Assembly (NCBI GenBank): GCA_963770895.1
Contig: CAVYRF010000002.1
Span: 3,264,001 to 3,328,000, forward strand
DNA from: an uncultured Acidobacteriota bacterium
GTDB lineage: Bacteria; Acidobacteriota; Thermoanaerobaculia; Multivoradales; UBA5704
Length of the DNA stretch: 64,000 nt
Direction: 5' to 3'
Under the pieces are notes generated by a model. The model saw only the letters and a list, made by a program, of their open reading frames with translations, was not told where the DNA came from and made no database searches. Positions 12,041 through 24,591 of the stretch are shown here, one piece after another. Each line of letters opens with the position of its first letter. Positions within the stretch are counted from its first letter, which is position 1. A program made the translations under genes and the position numbers.

Positions 12041-12604
12041 ATGTTCGGCTTCGGCGGACTCAGTGACATTCTGTTTATCGCCTTTCTGGCGATGCTGATC
12101 TTCGGGCCCAAAAAGCTGCCCGAGATCGGCCGCACGCTGGCCAAGGCCATCGCGGAGGTGCGCAAGGCCTCCAACGAGCTGAAACGCACTCTCAACAGCG
12201 AGCTGGCCGTCGTCGAGCAGGAGAACAACGCCCGCCGCATCCAGGAGCTGGATGCCGCCGCCGCCACGGCGCCGCTCGGCTACGTCCCGCCGCCGCCGAT
12301 GATGCCCACGGCGCCGCCGCCCGATACCCAGCCGGTCACCCCGGGCGGTTTCGCCGCCAGCAGCCTGGCGCTCCCCGAAACCGCTGCCCCTGTCGAGCCT
12401 GCCGCGCTCGCAGAGCCCGGCGCGCCTGTCGCGTCCGCGCCTGTCGCGTTCGAGGCAGGCGTTGGTGCAGCGGCCGAATCCGCGTCGATCCCTGCCCACT
12501 CCGCCGTCGCTGCCGAGCCCGCGGCGCAGCACGCGCTGTTCCCGCCGTATGGCGAAGGGCACGCCCCACCTCACGCGCCGCCGGCGGACGGTGAGGCGCC
12601 GTAG
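12041..12604 (+). CDS. tatB: twin-arginine translocase TatA/TatB family subunit
   Basis: LIFGPKKLPEIGRTLAKAIAEVRKASNELK with a long Pro/Ala tail, directly upstream of tatC. Confidence 0.8.
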   Translation: MFGFGGLSDILFIAFLAMLIFGPKKLPEIGRTLAKAIAEVRKASNELKRTLNSELAVVEQENNARRIQELDAAAATAPLGYVPPPPMMPTAPPPDTQPVTPGGFAASSLALPETAAPVEPAALAEPGAPVASAPVAFEAGVGAAAESASIPAHSAVAAEPAAQHALFPPYGEGHAPPHAPPADGEAP

Positions 12605-12631
12605 CCGCGCGCGAGCGGACCGCTGCAAACC

Positions 12632-13432
12632 ATGAGCGACGGACCTGCGAATCCCGGCCAGGGGTTGACCGAAGAGCAGCTGCAGCGCATGTCGCTCATC
12701 CAGCACCTGGAGGAGCTGCGCAAGCGCATCCTGTGGTCGATCGCGTTCGTCGCGCTGATGTTCTTCCCCTGCTGGGCGAAGGTCGAAGTGATCTTTGCCT
12801 TCTTCGAAAAGCCGGTCAAAGCCATCCTGCCGGCCGGCAAGAAGCTGGCGTACATGGGGATCACCGATCCCTTCATCCTGTACTTCAAGGTGGCCGGCCT
12901 GACGGCGCTCTTCCTGTCGTCGCCGTTCATCCTGTACCAGGTATGGAAGTTCATCTCGCCCGGCCTCTACCGGCGCGAGCGGCGCTACGTCCTGCCGTTC
13001 ATCTTCTTTGGCACGTTCTTCTTTCTCGCCGGCGGCACCTTCGCCTACAAGATCGCCTTTCCCTACGCCGCACGCTTCCTGATCGGCGTCGGCTCCGATT
13101 TCGAACCGGTGCTCACCATCGAGCGCTATTTCGGCTTCGAGATGGGGGTGATCCTGGGGCTGGGCCTGATGTTCGAGCTGCCGATCGTGATCTTCACCGT
13201 CTGCGAGATCGGCCTGGTCACGCCAGCCTTCCTGATCAAGCACTTCCGCTACGCGGTGCTGATCATTTTCATCATGGCGGCGATCATCACTCCCACCCCC
13301 GACGTCTTCAACATGTGCGTCTTTGCCGCCCCGACGCTGGCGCTCTACCTGCTCGGCGTCGGCGCCTCGGCCCTGTCACAGCTGCGCCGGCGGCGAAGAA
13401 GTCTCACCCCGCAGGCCGCTACGCGTACCTGA
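12632..13432 (+). CDS. tatC: twin-arginine translocase TatC
   Basis: MSLIQHLEELRKR, YQVWKFISPGLY, FELP, AAIITPTPD. Confidence 0.96.
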   Translation: MSDGPANPGQGLTEEQLQRMSLIQHLEELRKRILWSIAFVALMFFPCWAKVEVIFAFFEKPVKAILPAGKKLAYMGITDPFILYFKVAGLTALFLSSPFILYQVWKFISPGLYRRERRYVLPFIFFGTFFFLAGGTFAYKIAFPYAARFLIGVGSDFEPVLTIERYFGFEMGVILGLGLMFELPIVIFTVCEIGLVTPAFLIKHFRYAVLIIFIMAAIITPTPDVFNMCVFAAPTLALYLLGVGASALSQLRRRRRSLTPQAATRT

Positions 13433-13510
13433 TCAAACGGCTCCGGCTGTCGACGACGGATGTTTCGTCGGTGGTGGGCGGCTGGCAGCGGTGCGCCGCC
13501 GTTGGGGGGC

Positions 13511-15496
13511 TTACTGCGCGGCGTAGCCGAGCGAGCGCAGGCGGGCGGCGTCCTCGCTCGACAGCGTCTGGCGCTGGGCGAGGTCGGCGGGAGCGGCGGC
13601 GGGATTGCGGCGCTGGGCAAGCCAGGCGTCGAGCAGGCCGGCCATCTCTGCTTCCGCGGCGTTGCCCTGGCCCGCCAGGTTGTGGTTCTCGCTCGGGTCG
13701 GCGCGCAGATCGTACAGCGACGGGCCGTCGGGAAAGACCAGCGTGTTGCCGCGGCTGACGATGTACTTGTAATCGCGCGTGCGGACCATGGCGCCGAAGC
13801 CGTTGGAGTGCTCGGCGAACACGGCGCGGCGGCCGGTGGCGGCGGTGCCGGAGCCAGCGCTGCCGGCGGCGCCCGCGCCCGCACCGGCGGACAGGCGGCG
13901 CAGGTCGATGCCGTCTTCTGCCGGCACCGGCAGGCGGGCGGCGGCGAGCAGCGTCGGGAACAGGTCGATCGTCTGCACCATGCCGTCGTAGCGGTGTCCG
14001 GGACGGCTCGGTCCCGGCCAGCGCACCAGCAGCGGCACGTGCGTCGTGGTGTCGAACAGCCCTACGTGGCGATAGCGGATGCCGTGCTCGCCCAGGTTCT
14101 CGCCGTGATCGGCCACCAGCGCCACCAGCGTCGTGTCCAGCAGGCCGCGGCTGTCCATGGCGTCGAGCAGCCGGCCCAGCTGGCGGTCCATGTAGGCGAT
14201 CTCCCCGTCGTACAGGTCGCTGTTGCCGGCCAGGACCGGCTCGTCGAAGCGGCGCGGCCCGAGCGCCCGGAACGGCACCCACGCCACCACCGGCTGCATC
14301 CCCATCGCCGCCGCCGGGCGCAGGCCGTCGGAATAGGGCTGCGGCGGGGTGTGCGGGGTGTGGGCGTCGAACAGGTGCAGCCAGACGAAGAAGGGCTTCG
14401 GCCGGGTGCAATGGTCGGCGAGCCAGTCGATCGTCTGGTCGACACCCATTTCAGCGGCGTAGTGTTCGTCGGCGCGCATCACCTGGTCGAAGCCCTGGCC
14501 CAGCCCGGAGTTGTGGTCCCCCAGGTGGCGCGCCGCAATGATCGCCATCGTCTGGTAGCCGGCGTCGGACAGGCGGTGGGCCAGGGTGACGAAGCTCGCC
14601 GGCAGGCGGGTGTGCAGGTCGTAGACGCCGTGGTTCTTGCCATACAGGCCGGTCATGATCGAAGCGAAGCTGGGGTTGGTGGCGTTGAAGGTCGAATACG
14701 CCGCGGTCCAGACGTCGCTCTGCTCGGCCAGCTTGTCGATCGTCGGGGTGAGGCTGGGACGACGACCCCACGGGCCGAGCCGGTCGGCCCGCAGGGTGTC
14801 AAACCCGACCAACAGGATGTTGGGACGGGAGGGTAGGAAGGCCGACGGCTGAGGCTGCCGGCTGTACAGCGCGGGGCTCCCCCAGAGCACCGTCGGGCCA
14901 GGCTGGCCGGGGGGCATGGGGGTGGGTATCTCGACCTGGAACAGCAGGTCCACGTCGTCGCCGGCGTAGGCCGACAGGTCGATTTCGACCGCCTTGGGCG
15001 CGGTCGGACCCAGGGGCTGGGCGATGGTCTCGAACTTCACGAAGATGCCGTTGTCGCGCAAGCCCATGCGGTACTTGCAGTTGGGACAGGGCTTGTCGAA
15101 GCCGAGGGGGATGAACGAGACGTAGCTGCCCTCGTCGATGTGGGCGCGCCACTTGAGGCGCGAGCCGGCCATCTGCTCGAGCACTTGGATCTCGCCGGGA
15201 GAGGCCTTGGGGAACTGCTTCTGCTGGTCGGGCGGCACCTGCGCCAGGTCGCGCACTTCGCCGGCGCCCAGGCTGGCCGTGCGCTGCTGGTAGGCCTGGG
15301 AATCGGTGAGGCCCGGCGGCGTCAGCTCGACGAAGGGCTTTTCCTTGGTGAGGTCGAGCCTCACCCAGGGCTTGCCGAGGGGCTGCTTGTGGCAGCCGGC
15401 GAGAGCGAGCGCCGCGATCAGGCCGGCGGCGATGGCGACTCCCAGGGCTGCGGTGGCAGCGAGCGCGGCCACAGGTCTTGCGTGTTGTCGGCTCAT
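13511..15496 (-). CDS. sulfatase/alkaline-phosphatase-superfamily lipoprotein
   Basis: AAGGAG RBS, lipobox LALAGC, PNILLVGFDTLRAD, TNPSFASIMTG, ADHGE, LYDLRADPSE, LRSLGY. Confidence 0.85.
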   Translation of the reverse strand: MSRQHARPVAALAATAALGVAIAAGLIAALALAGCHKQPLGKPWVRLDLTKEKPFVELTPPGLTDSQAYQQRTASLGAGEVRDLAQVPPDQQKQFPKASPGEIQVLEQMAGSRLKWRAHIDEGSYVSFIPLGFDKPCPNCKYRMGLRDNGIFVKFETIAQPLGPTAPKAVEIDLSAYAGDDVDLLFQVEIPTPMPPGQPGPTVLWGSPALYSRQPQPSAFLPSRPNILLVGFDTLRADRLGPWGRRPSLTPTIDKLAEQSDVWTAAYSTFNATNPSFASIMTGLYGKNHGVYDLHTRLPASFVTLAHRLSDAGYQTMAIIAARHLGDHNSGLGQGFDQVMRADEHYAAEMGVDQTIDWLADHCTRPKPFFVWLHLFDAHTPHTPPQPYSDGLRPAAAMGMQPVVAWVPFRALGPRRFDEPVLAGNSDLYDGEIAYMDRQLGRLLDAMDSRGLLDTTLVALVADHGENLGEHGIRYRHVGLFDTTTHVPLLVRWPGPSRPGHRYDGMVQTIDLFPTLLAAARLPVPAEDGIDLRRLSAGAGAGAAGSAGSGTAATGRRAVFAEHSNGFGAMVRTRDYKYIVSRGNTLVFPDGPSLYDLRADPSENHNLAGQGNAAEAEMAGLLDAWLAQRRNPAAAPADLAQRQTLSSEDAARLRSLGYAAQ

Positions 15497-15613
15497 GGTC
15501 TCCTTTTCCTGAAAGGTTGTGGTTGGGATCCAGGGCGCATGGCGTCCGGGTGCGGCAGCTGCGCGCGCGGCTCTTTGGTGGGAGCGGCGCGCGGGCGACA
15601 AAATACCACGACG

Positions 15614-16210
15614 TCAGGCGGGCGGCAGGAAGTCGGCGAGCAGGCGGTCCCAGTCGCCGCGCGCGCGCAGCACGATCTCGATCACTTCGCGCGCGGCGCC
15701 GCGGCCGCCGCGCCGCGCCAATACGCTGTGTACGCGGCGACGCACCTCGTCGTCGGCGTCGGCGGGAGCGAACGACAGGCCGCACACCAGCAGCACCGGC
15801 AGATCGACCAGGTCGTCGCCGACGTAGGCCACGCGGTCGGCGGTGGTGCCGTGGTCGGCCAGGAACTGGCGAAAGGCGGCGTGCTTGTCGAGCCGGTGGG
15901 TGAGCACCGCGTCGGCCCCGATCTCCGCCGCCCGCGCGTCCAGGGCGCGGCTGGCGCGCCCGGTGAGCAGGCCGATCTTGAGGCCGGCGCGGCGCGCCAG
16001 CATGAAGCCCAGGCCGTCGCGCACGTCGAACACCTTCCACTGCTCGCCGTCGGCGCCGTAGACCAGGCGGCCGTCGGTCAGCACGCCGTCGACGTCGAAC
16101 AGCACCCATTCGATCGTCGCCGCGCGCGCGGTCATCCGTTCGGCCGCCAGCGTGTCGCCCTCGTCGGGGGAGGCCTGCCGCGGTCCCTGCACCACGCTTT
16201 CGCTGGTCAA
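15614..16210 (-). CDS. kdsC: KDO-8-phosphate phosphatase (HAD)
   Basis: FDVDGVLTDG, RDGLG, AYVGDDLVD, GGRGAAREV. Start is TTG 16210 (overlapping the kdsD stop) or ATG 16135. Confidence 0.92.
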   Translation of the reverse strand: MTSESVVQGPRQASPDEGDTLAAERMTARAATIEWVLFDVDGVLTDGRLVYGADGEQWKVFDVRDGLGFMLARRAGLKIGLLTGRASRALDARAAEIGADAVLTHRLDKHAAFRQFLADHGTTADRVAYVGDDLVDLPVLLVCGLSFAPADADDEVRRRVHSVLARRGGRGAAREVIEIVLRARGDWDRLLADFLPPA

Positions 16211-17303
16211 AACAGCTCCAGTCCCCACAGGTCGTGCACGTGCAGCACGCCGATCAGCTGCTGCTCCGCGTCGCAGATGAACAGCGAGGTGATGCGGTGA
16301 TCCTCCATCAGCTTGAGCGCCGAGGCGGCGAGCGCGTCGCGGGCGATGGTGCGCGGCCGCGGGTTCATGCAGTCGCCGGCGGTGCGCCGCAGCAGCTCTT
16401 CGTCGGTCGAGAACAGCCGCCGCAGGTCGCCGTCCGAGATGCAGCCGGCCAGGCGCAGGTCTGCGTCGGAGCGGGTGACGGCGGTGATGCCCAACCCCTT
16501 GGCCGACATCTCGTAGATGGCGTCGCGCATCGACGTGGCGAGCGCCACGCGCGGCAGGGCCGGGCCGTCGTGCATGAGGTGCTCGACCCGCAGCATGCGC
16601 TTGCCCAGGCTGCCGGCGGGATGGAGCAGCGCAAAATCTTCGGCGGTGAAGCCGCGCGCTTCCGAGGCGGCCATCGCCAGCGCATCGCCCAGCGCCAGCA
16701 TGGCGGTGGTGGAAGCGGTGGGGGCCAGGTTGTGCGGGCACGCCTCGCGGTCGATCGCCACGCCCAGGTGCAGGTCGGCGTGGCGGGCGAGGGGCGATGC
16801 CGGGTTGCCGGTCATGGCGATCAGCGGCACTCCCAGGCGCTTGAGCGTCGCCACCAGGCGCAGCAGCTCTTCGGTGGTGCCCGACGCGGAGGCGGCGAGC
16901 ACGGCGTCGCCGGCCACGATCATCCCCAGGTCGCCGTGCACCGCCTCCGCCGGGTGCAGGAAGAGCGCCGGCGTGCCGGTCGAAGACAGGGTGGCGGCGA
17001 CCTTCTTCATGATCAGGCCGCTCTTGCCCATGCCGGTGCAGACCACGCGGCCCGTCGTCGCCTGCAGCGTCGCCACGGCGCGGTCGAAGGCTTCGTCGAG
17101 CTGCGGCAGCAGGCCCTGGATGGCGGCAGCCTCGGTCGCCAGCACCTGGGCGGCCACTTCGCGCGGCGGCCGATGGCGGCGATGCTCGCGGTGCCGCGAT
17201 TGCGGCGGCTGCGGCTGCTGCTGTGGCGGCGGCGCCGGCGGGGCGACGGCCTGCGGCCGGCGGGGGCCGCCTGGGCGGCGGCGCGGCGGCACGCTGGAGA
17301 GGG

Positions 17304-17307
<4 letters not shown>
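16207..17307 (-). CDS. kdsD: arabinose-5-phosphate isomerase, KpsF/GutQ family (SIS + CBS)
   Basis: TGMGKSG, HPAEAVHGDLG, EACPHNLAPTAST, HPAGSLG, CBS pair. ATGA overlap with kdsA. Confidence 0.93.
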
Positions 17308-19969
<2,662 letters not shown>

Positions 19970-20851
19970 TCAGCTCGCGCTCGCCGCGAGCAGACGTTCG
20001 ACGTGCTCCAGATCCTCCTGCGTATCCACCCCCGGCAGCCCACGGTCGGTGGTCAGCACGCGGATCACCATGCCATGCTCGAGCGCCCGCAGCTGCTCGA
20101 GCGATTCGCTGCGTTCCAATGGGGTCGGCTGCAGATCGGCCAGGTGCAGCAGGGCGGCGCGCTGGTAACCGTAGATTCCCAGGTGCCGCAGCGGTGCGGC
20201 GCCCCCCGTCTGGCGTCGATAGGGTATCGCAGATCGACTGAAGTAGAGGGCCTGCCCGGCGCTGCCGACCACCACCTTGACCACGTTGGGATTGTCCAGC
20301 GCGTCGTCGTCGGCGGGCGCCGCGAGCGTCACCATCGGGTCTTCGGGGTGGGCGGCCAGGTGCGCCGCGAGCGCCGTCACCGCCGCCGGGTCGATCAGCG
20401 GTTCGTCCCCCTGGATGTTGACCACCGCCGCCACGTCCGGCCAGCGGCGCGCCGCGTGCGCGATGCGGTCGGTGCCGCTCGGACAGTCGGCCGGGGTCAT
20501 CTCGCAATCGCCGCCGAACGCCGCCACGGCGTCGGCGATGCGCTGGTCGTCGGTCAGCACCACCACGCGGTCCAGCCCGCGCGCCCGCTGCACCCGCCGG
20601 TACACGTGCTCGATCATCGGCCGGCCGGCGAGCGGCAGCAGCGGCTTGCCCGGCAGCCGCGTCGACGCGAACCGCGCCGGGATCGCGCCCACCACCAGGC
20701 CGGCGCGCCGCTCCACGCGCGGCGGCGGCGCATCCTCGCCGGCGGCAGCGGTGGCGGAGCCAGGTCCAGCAGCGACTTCAGTGCTCAGAGGGGGGGTGGG
20801 ACCCGGGCCGCTCAACGCATGCGGGGGCCTGGGAAGCGAAATGGGGTGCAC
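19970..20851 (-). CDS. kdsB: CMP-KDO synthetase (start uncertain)
   Basis: IPARFASTRLPGKPL, SGTDRIA, NIQGDEP, ALYFSR, ESLEQLRALE. Confidence 0.95.
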   Translation of the reverse strand: MHPISLPRPPHALSGPGPTPPLSTEVAAGPGSATAAAGEDAPPPRVERRAGLVVGAIPARFASTRLPGKPLLPLAGRPMIEHVYRRVQRARGLDRVVVLTDDQRIADAVAAFGGDCEMTPADCPSGTDRIAHAARRWPDVAAVVNIQGDEPLIDPAAVTALAAHLAAHPEDPMVTLAAPADDDALDNPNVVKVVVGSAGQALYFSRSAIPYRRQTGGAAPLRHLGIYGYQRAALLHLADLQPTPLERSESLEQLRALEHGMVIRVLTTDRGLPGVDTQEDLEHVERLLAASAS

Positions 20852-20910
20852 GTCCCAATGTAAGCCATCACGCCCAGGCTGTCAAACGCGCTTCGTAGCG
20901 GTTGGCGGCA

Positions 20911-21702
20911 TCAGCGGCTCGACATCATCGACGCGGCAAGGGGCAGGCTCAAGGCGCGCGGCGACACCCTGCCCGACAGCGCGACCAGCTTGTTGAGCAG
21001 GCCGGTCACCACCACGCGCCGACCGGCGAGCATGCCGCGCACGCCCTGGCGCGCCACCTCGGCCGCCGTCATCACCGGGATGAGGCCGCTGCTGAACAGG
21101 CCGGTGTGGTCGGCGCCCGCGGTTTGCGAGAAGTTGGTGCGGGTGGCGCCCGGGCAGAGGCTGGTCAAGGTGACGCCGGTGCCGCGCAGCTCCCAGGCGA
21201 CGGCCTCGCCGAAGCTCAGCACGTAGGCCTTGGTGGCGCAGTACACGGCCATCTGCGGGCCGGGCTGAAAGGCGGCCGTGGAGGCGACCAGCATCACCCG
21301 CCCGCGCCGCCGCGCCACCATGCCCGGCAGCACCAGGCGGGTCAGCTCGGTGAGCGCCACGACGTTGACCTGCAGCATTTCGTAGACGCGCACCGGGTCC
21401 GACTGGTCGAAACGGCCGTTGGCGCCCAGGCCGGCGTTGGCGACCAGGGCGTCCAGTGTCAGGCCGCGGCTTTCGATGTCGCGCAGCAGATCGGCCGCGG
21501 CGCCCGGCCGGCTGAGGTCGGCGGTGACGACGGTGGCCCTGGCGCCGGTCGGCGCCAGCTCGGCGGCCAGGGCCTCCATCGGCGCCGCCTGCCGCGCCGA
21601 CAGCACCAAGTCGTGGCCGGTCCTGGCCAGCTCGCGGGCAAGGTCGGCGCCGATGCCGCTGGAAGCGCCGGTGACCAGGGCTAGTGGACGGTTTTCGCTC
21701 AT
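20911..21702 (-). CDS. short-chain dehydrogenase/reductase
   Basis: TGASSGIG, ANAG, YCATK. Confidence 0.92.
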   Translation of the reverse strand: MSENRPLALVTGASSGIGADLARELARTGHDLVLSARQAAPMEALAAELAPTGARATVVTADLSRPGAAADLLRDIESRGLTLDALVANAGLGANGRFDQSDPVRVYEMLQVNVVALTELTRLVLPGMVARRRGRVMLVASTAAFQPGPQMAVYCATKAYVLSFGEAVAWELRGTGVTLTSLCPGATRTNFSQTAGADHTGLFSSGLIPVMTAAEVARQGVRGMLAGRRVVVTGLLNKLVALSGRVSPRALSLPLAASMMSSR

Positions 21703-21745
21703 CCGCGAAGACTACCACCGCCCTGGAGCGGCACCCCTGGTGGCG

Positions 21746-23980
21746 CTACTGAACGGGCCTGGCGGTGCCGCTGGCGATTGCCTGGGTGACCAGGGCGCTC
21801 AGCTGGCGCTCCGCGGCATGAGCCAGCCGGCCCTGCTGGCGGCCCAGCTCGCCCTGCTGCTGGCCGAGCTCGCGCTGCTGGTCGCCGAGGCGGCGCTGCT
21901 CGTCGCCCAGCTTTCTCATCTCGTCCCCCAGCCGCTTCTGCTCGTCGCGCGCCTTGGCGCGCTGCGCCGCCGGCTGCGCGGCGTCGTCGCCGGCGGCGGC
22001 GACTTCGTCGGCCGCCAGACGGGTCATGTCGGCCGCCAGGCTCGCCTGCTGCCTGCCCAGCTCGCCCTGGCGCTCGCCCAAAGCCCGCTGGCGTTCGCCG
22101 AGCTCGCTCTGCTTGTGCCCGAGCTCCTCCTGCGGCCGGAAAAGATCGTCGACCTGGCGGATCGTGGCGCCGTCGCGGATCACGTACTCCCTGCCGTCGC
22201 GGCGGACCCAGAGCAGGTCGCCGCCGCCGGCCTGGCGCTGGATCGCCTTGACGCGCGGGATGTCGTCGGTGACGCCGCTCATCCGCACCTGGGTGCTGTT
22301 GGCGCGCAGCAGGATGTAGGAGTCCCGATCTGCCTCCGACCTGGTTTCCATGTCGACATTGGTGACGCCGTCCTCGGCCAGGTCGGCGGTGTCGCGGGAG
22401 TCTTCGTCAAGCCTGGCTGACATCGGCGGCGGCGGCGGTGCCGCCGGCGGTGGGGCCTGTGCGGGCGGCGGGGCTTGCGCGGGGGGTGCCGGCGGCGCTG
22501 GTGGTGGCGGGGGCGCCGCGAATGCCGCCCGGGCGGCGGGAGCCGGCGCCGGAGCCGCCGGGCTTGGCGGGGCGGCGGGAGCGGGTGGCGCCGGCGCGGC
22601 GGCCGGGGCCGGCGGAGCAGGGGGAGCCGGCGGCGCCGGTGGCGTCGCGATCAGCCGCAGCGGCACCAGGGCGCCGGCGGCAAGCAGGGCAAGCAGGCCG
22701 AAGATCAGGAGGCGCAGCCGATCCGGCCGTGCGACAGGGGGGCGGAATTGCTGGAGCATCTGGAGTCTCCTTGTGAGCTGGCGCAGCGACGACGTGGCGC
22801 CGATGGCGGTGAGTGACGGGGACCACGGCTCGGCGGATTCGAGCCGCGCGCCCTGGGCGCGGCGCATCGTGCCCAGGTGGACGAGCAGGCGCCCGTAGGC
22901 AGCCGGAGCCGCGTCCAGGCGCCGCAGAACGGCCGCGTCGCAGGACGCTTCGACGGCCAGGCCGTATTCGCGCGCGGCCAGGCTCGCCAGGGGCAGGAAG
23001 AAGAAGAGCCGCGCCGCGATCGCCGGCACCGCGCCCCACAGCAGGTCGCGGCGCTGGACGTGGATCAGCTCGTGGCAGAGCGTCATCGCCTGCTGTTCCC
23101 GCGACAGGCCGGCGAGCCTGGCGGCCGACAGCAGCACCACCGGCCGCCGCCAGCCGGTGGTGAGCGGCAGCGGCGGCAGCGGCGGGCCGGCGATCGCCGG
23201 CCGGGTGGCAGGGGGCGACGCGGGTGCCGGCGCGACGCAGCGCAGCTCGACCGGTCGCAGGCCAAGCCGGCGGCGGAGATCGTCGCCCAGGAGGGCCAGC
23301 GGGCCGGCGTCGAGCGGCGTCGAGCGGCGCACCAGGATGCGGATGCGGCGCAGGTCCCGCAGCGTCAACAGGGCCTGCGCGACGATGCCCGCAAGCCACA
23401 GAGCGCCAAGGCAGGCCCACAGGAGCGGCCGCAGGGGTGGTGTCGCCGCCCGCTGGCGCGCCTGGCCCGGAGGCGTGCCGCCGGTCGCCGCGGACCAGGT
23501 CAAGGCGGGGCCGCCGGCCACCTGGGCCGGGGCGATGCGGGATTCCGCCAAGGCGCCGGCGGCGCGGCCGGCGGGCCGACCGGGATCACCCGATCGCGGC
23601 GCACGCTCGGGACTGCGCGGATCGGGGCTGGACACGGCAAGCGCGGGCCGGTCGGCGGCGGCGGCGGTGGGGCCAGGCGCAACGATGGCGGCGAGGGCGC
23701 TGATGGCAGGGTTGGCGGCGATCGCAGCGGCGGCGCGCGGCGGCATGGGGAGCCGCAGCGGAGCTGGCCACAGGAGGGTCACCAGCAGCTTCAGGCAGGC
23801 CAGCCACCACAGGGCGCAGCGCAGGCTGGCCGGCAGCCGCGGCGCCAGGCGGCAGATGAGCCAGGCGCCCAGGATGAAGAGCCCGCCCTGCCAGGCCGCC
23901 TGCGCCAGCTGCCGCACCAGCGGCTGGGCGGCGTTGCCCACGGCGACCGTGAGGTGGAGCCAGGCGTCGTAGAGGTGCAT
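21746..23980 (-). CDS. M56 (BlaR1-like) metallopeptidase with C-terminal heptad-repeat coiled coil
   Basis: TM helices, HELIH zinc motif, EASCD, Pro-rich linker, QxxLGxx heptads. No penicillin-binding domain recognised. Confidence 0.85.
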   Translation of the reverse strand: MHLYDAWLHLTVAVGNAAQPLVRQLAQAAWQGGLFILGAWLICRLAPRLPASLRCALWWLACLKLLVTLLWPAPLRLPMPPRAAAAIAANPAISALAAIVAPGPTAAAADRPALAVSSPDPRSPERAPRSGDPGRPAGRAAGALAESRIAPAQVAGGPALTWSAATGGTPPGQARQRAATPPLRPLLWACLGALWLAGIVAQALLTLRDLRRIRILVRRSTPLDAGPLALLGDDLRRRLGLRPVELRCVAPAPASPPATRPAIAGPPLPPLPLTTGWRRPVVLLSAARLAGLSREQQAMTLCHELIHVQRRDLLWGAVPAIAARLFFFLPLASLAAREYGLAVEASCDAAVLRRLDAAPAAYGRLLVHLGTMRRAQGARLESAEPWSPSLTAIGATSSLRQLTRRLQMLQQFRPPVARPDRLRLLIFGLLALLAAGALVPLRLIATPPAPPAPPAPPAPAAAPAPPAPAAPPSPAAPAPAPAARAAFAAPPPPPAPPAPPAQAPPPAQAPPPAAPPPPPMSARLDEDSRDTADLAEDGVTNVDMETRSEADRDSYILLRANSTQVRMSGVTDDIPRVKAIQRQAGGGDLLWVRRDGREYVIRDGATIRQVDDLFRPQEELGHKQSELGERQRALGERQGELGRQQASLAADMTRLAADEVAAAGDDAAQPAAQRAKARDEQKRLGDEMRKLGDEQRRLGDQQRELGQQQGELGRQQGRLAHAAERQLSALVTQAIASGTARPVQ

Positions 23981-23982
23981 GG

Positions 23983-24372
23983 TCAGGGCTCCTTGCGCTG
24001 GGATTGGAGCTTGGCGACCAGCCTTTCCAGCTCGGCAAGCTCGGCATCGCTCACCTCGGCCGTATCCACCAGGTAGCTGACGAAGGGCGACACCGATCCG
24101 TCCAGGGTGCGGGCGACGAACGTCTCGACCGCGCCGCGCAGCAGCTCGCCCGGCGAGGCCGGCGACGAGTAGTGGAACACGCCGTCCACCTGGCGCCGCT
24201 TGAGGCGCCCCTTGGCGCGCAGCCGTTCCATCATGGTCAAGACCGTCGAGCGCGCCAGCTCCCGGCTGGCGCCGAACCCTTCGACCGCCTGCGCCACCGT
24301 CGCCTCCCCCTGCTCGGCGACGTAGCGCAGCAGCGCCATCTCCTGGTCTCCGATCGATCTGGCCCGTCGCAT
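23983..24372 (-). CDS. BlaI/MecI/CopY family repressor
   Basis: IGDQEMALL, LARSTVLTMMERLRAKG, LDGSVSPFVSYL. Directly upstream of the M56 gene. Confidence 0.92.
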   Translation of the reverse strand: MRRARSIGDQEMALLRYVAEQGEATVAQAVEGFGASRELARSTVLTMMERLRAKGRLKRRQVDGVFHYSSPASPGELLRGAVETFVARTLDGSVSPFVSYLVDTAEVSDAELAELERLVAKLQSQRKEP

Positions 24373-24433
24373 CGCCTGGTCTCCTATGTGGCCACCGTCC
24401 GGCTGCCGTTGCCCGGCCGCGGCTGCCGTCTCG

Positions 24434-24479
24434 TGACGACAACTGTAGTCATCGTAACTGTGACTACAGCTGTCGTCAA
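24434..24479 (-). promoter_or_regulatory. sigma70 promoter with two BlaI-type operators
   Basis: - strand TTGACG-N17-TACGAT, overlapped by two 18-bp near-palindromes, TGACGACAACTGTAGTCA (24434-51) and TGACTACAGCTGTCGTCA (24461-78), resembling TACA-NN-TGTA boxes. Confidence 0.85.
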
Positions 24480-24591
24480 GGGGTGTCCGGGCCGGGCGCT
24501 GGCGCGCCGGCGCGCCGCGGGCGCGCATGCCGGTGGGCGGCGGTGGTACCATCCGACGCCGACCGGCGTCGCCTTGCGCCCCGCGGTACCT

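Noticed and set aside
8263-12267. 1334-aa ORF as one giant protein
   Set aside because: Only the last ~537 aa (S41 protease from ATG 9876) are protein-like. The rest is an off-frame GC-rich overlap of the membrane protein gene and antisense tatB.
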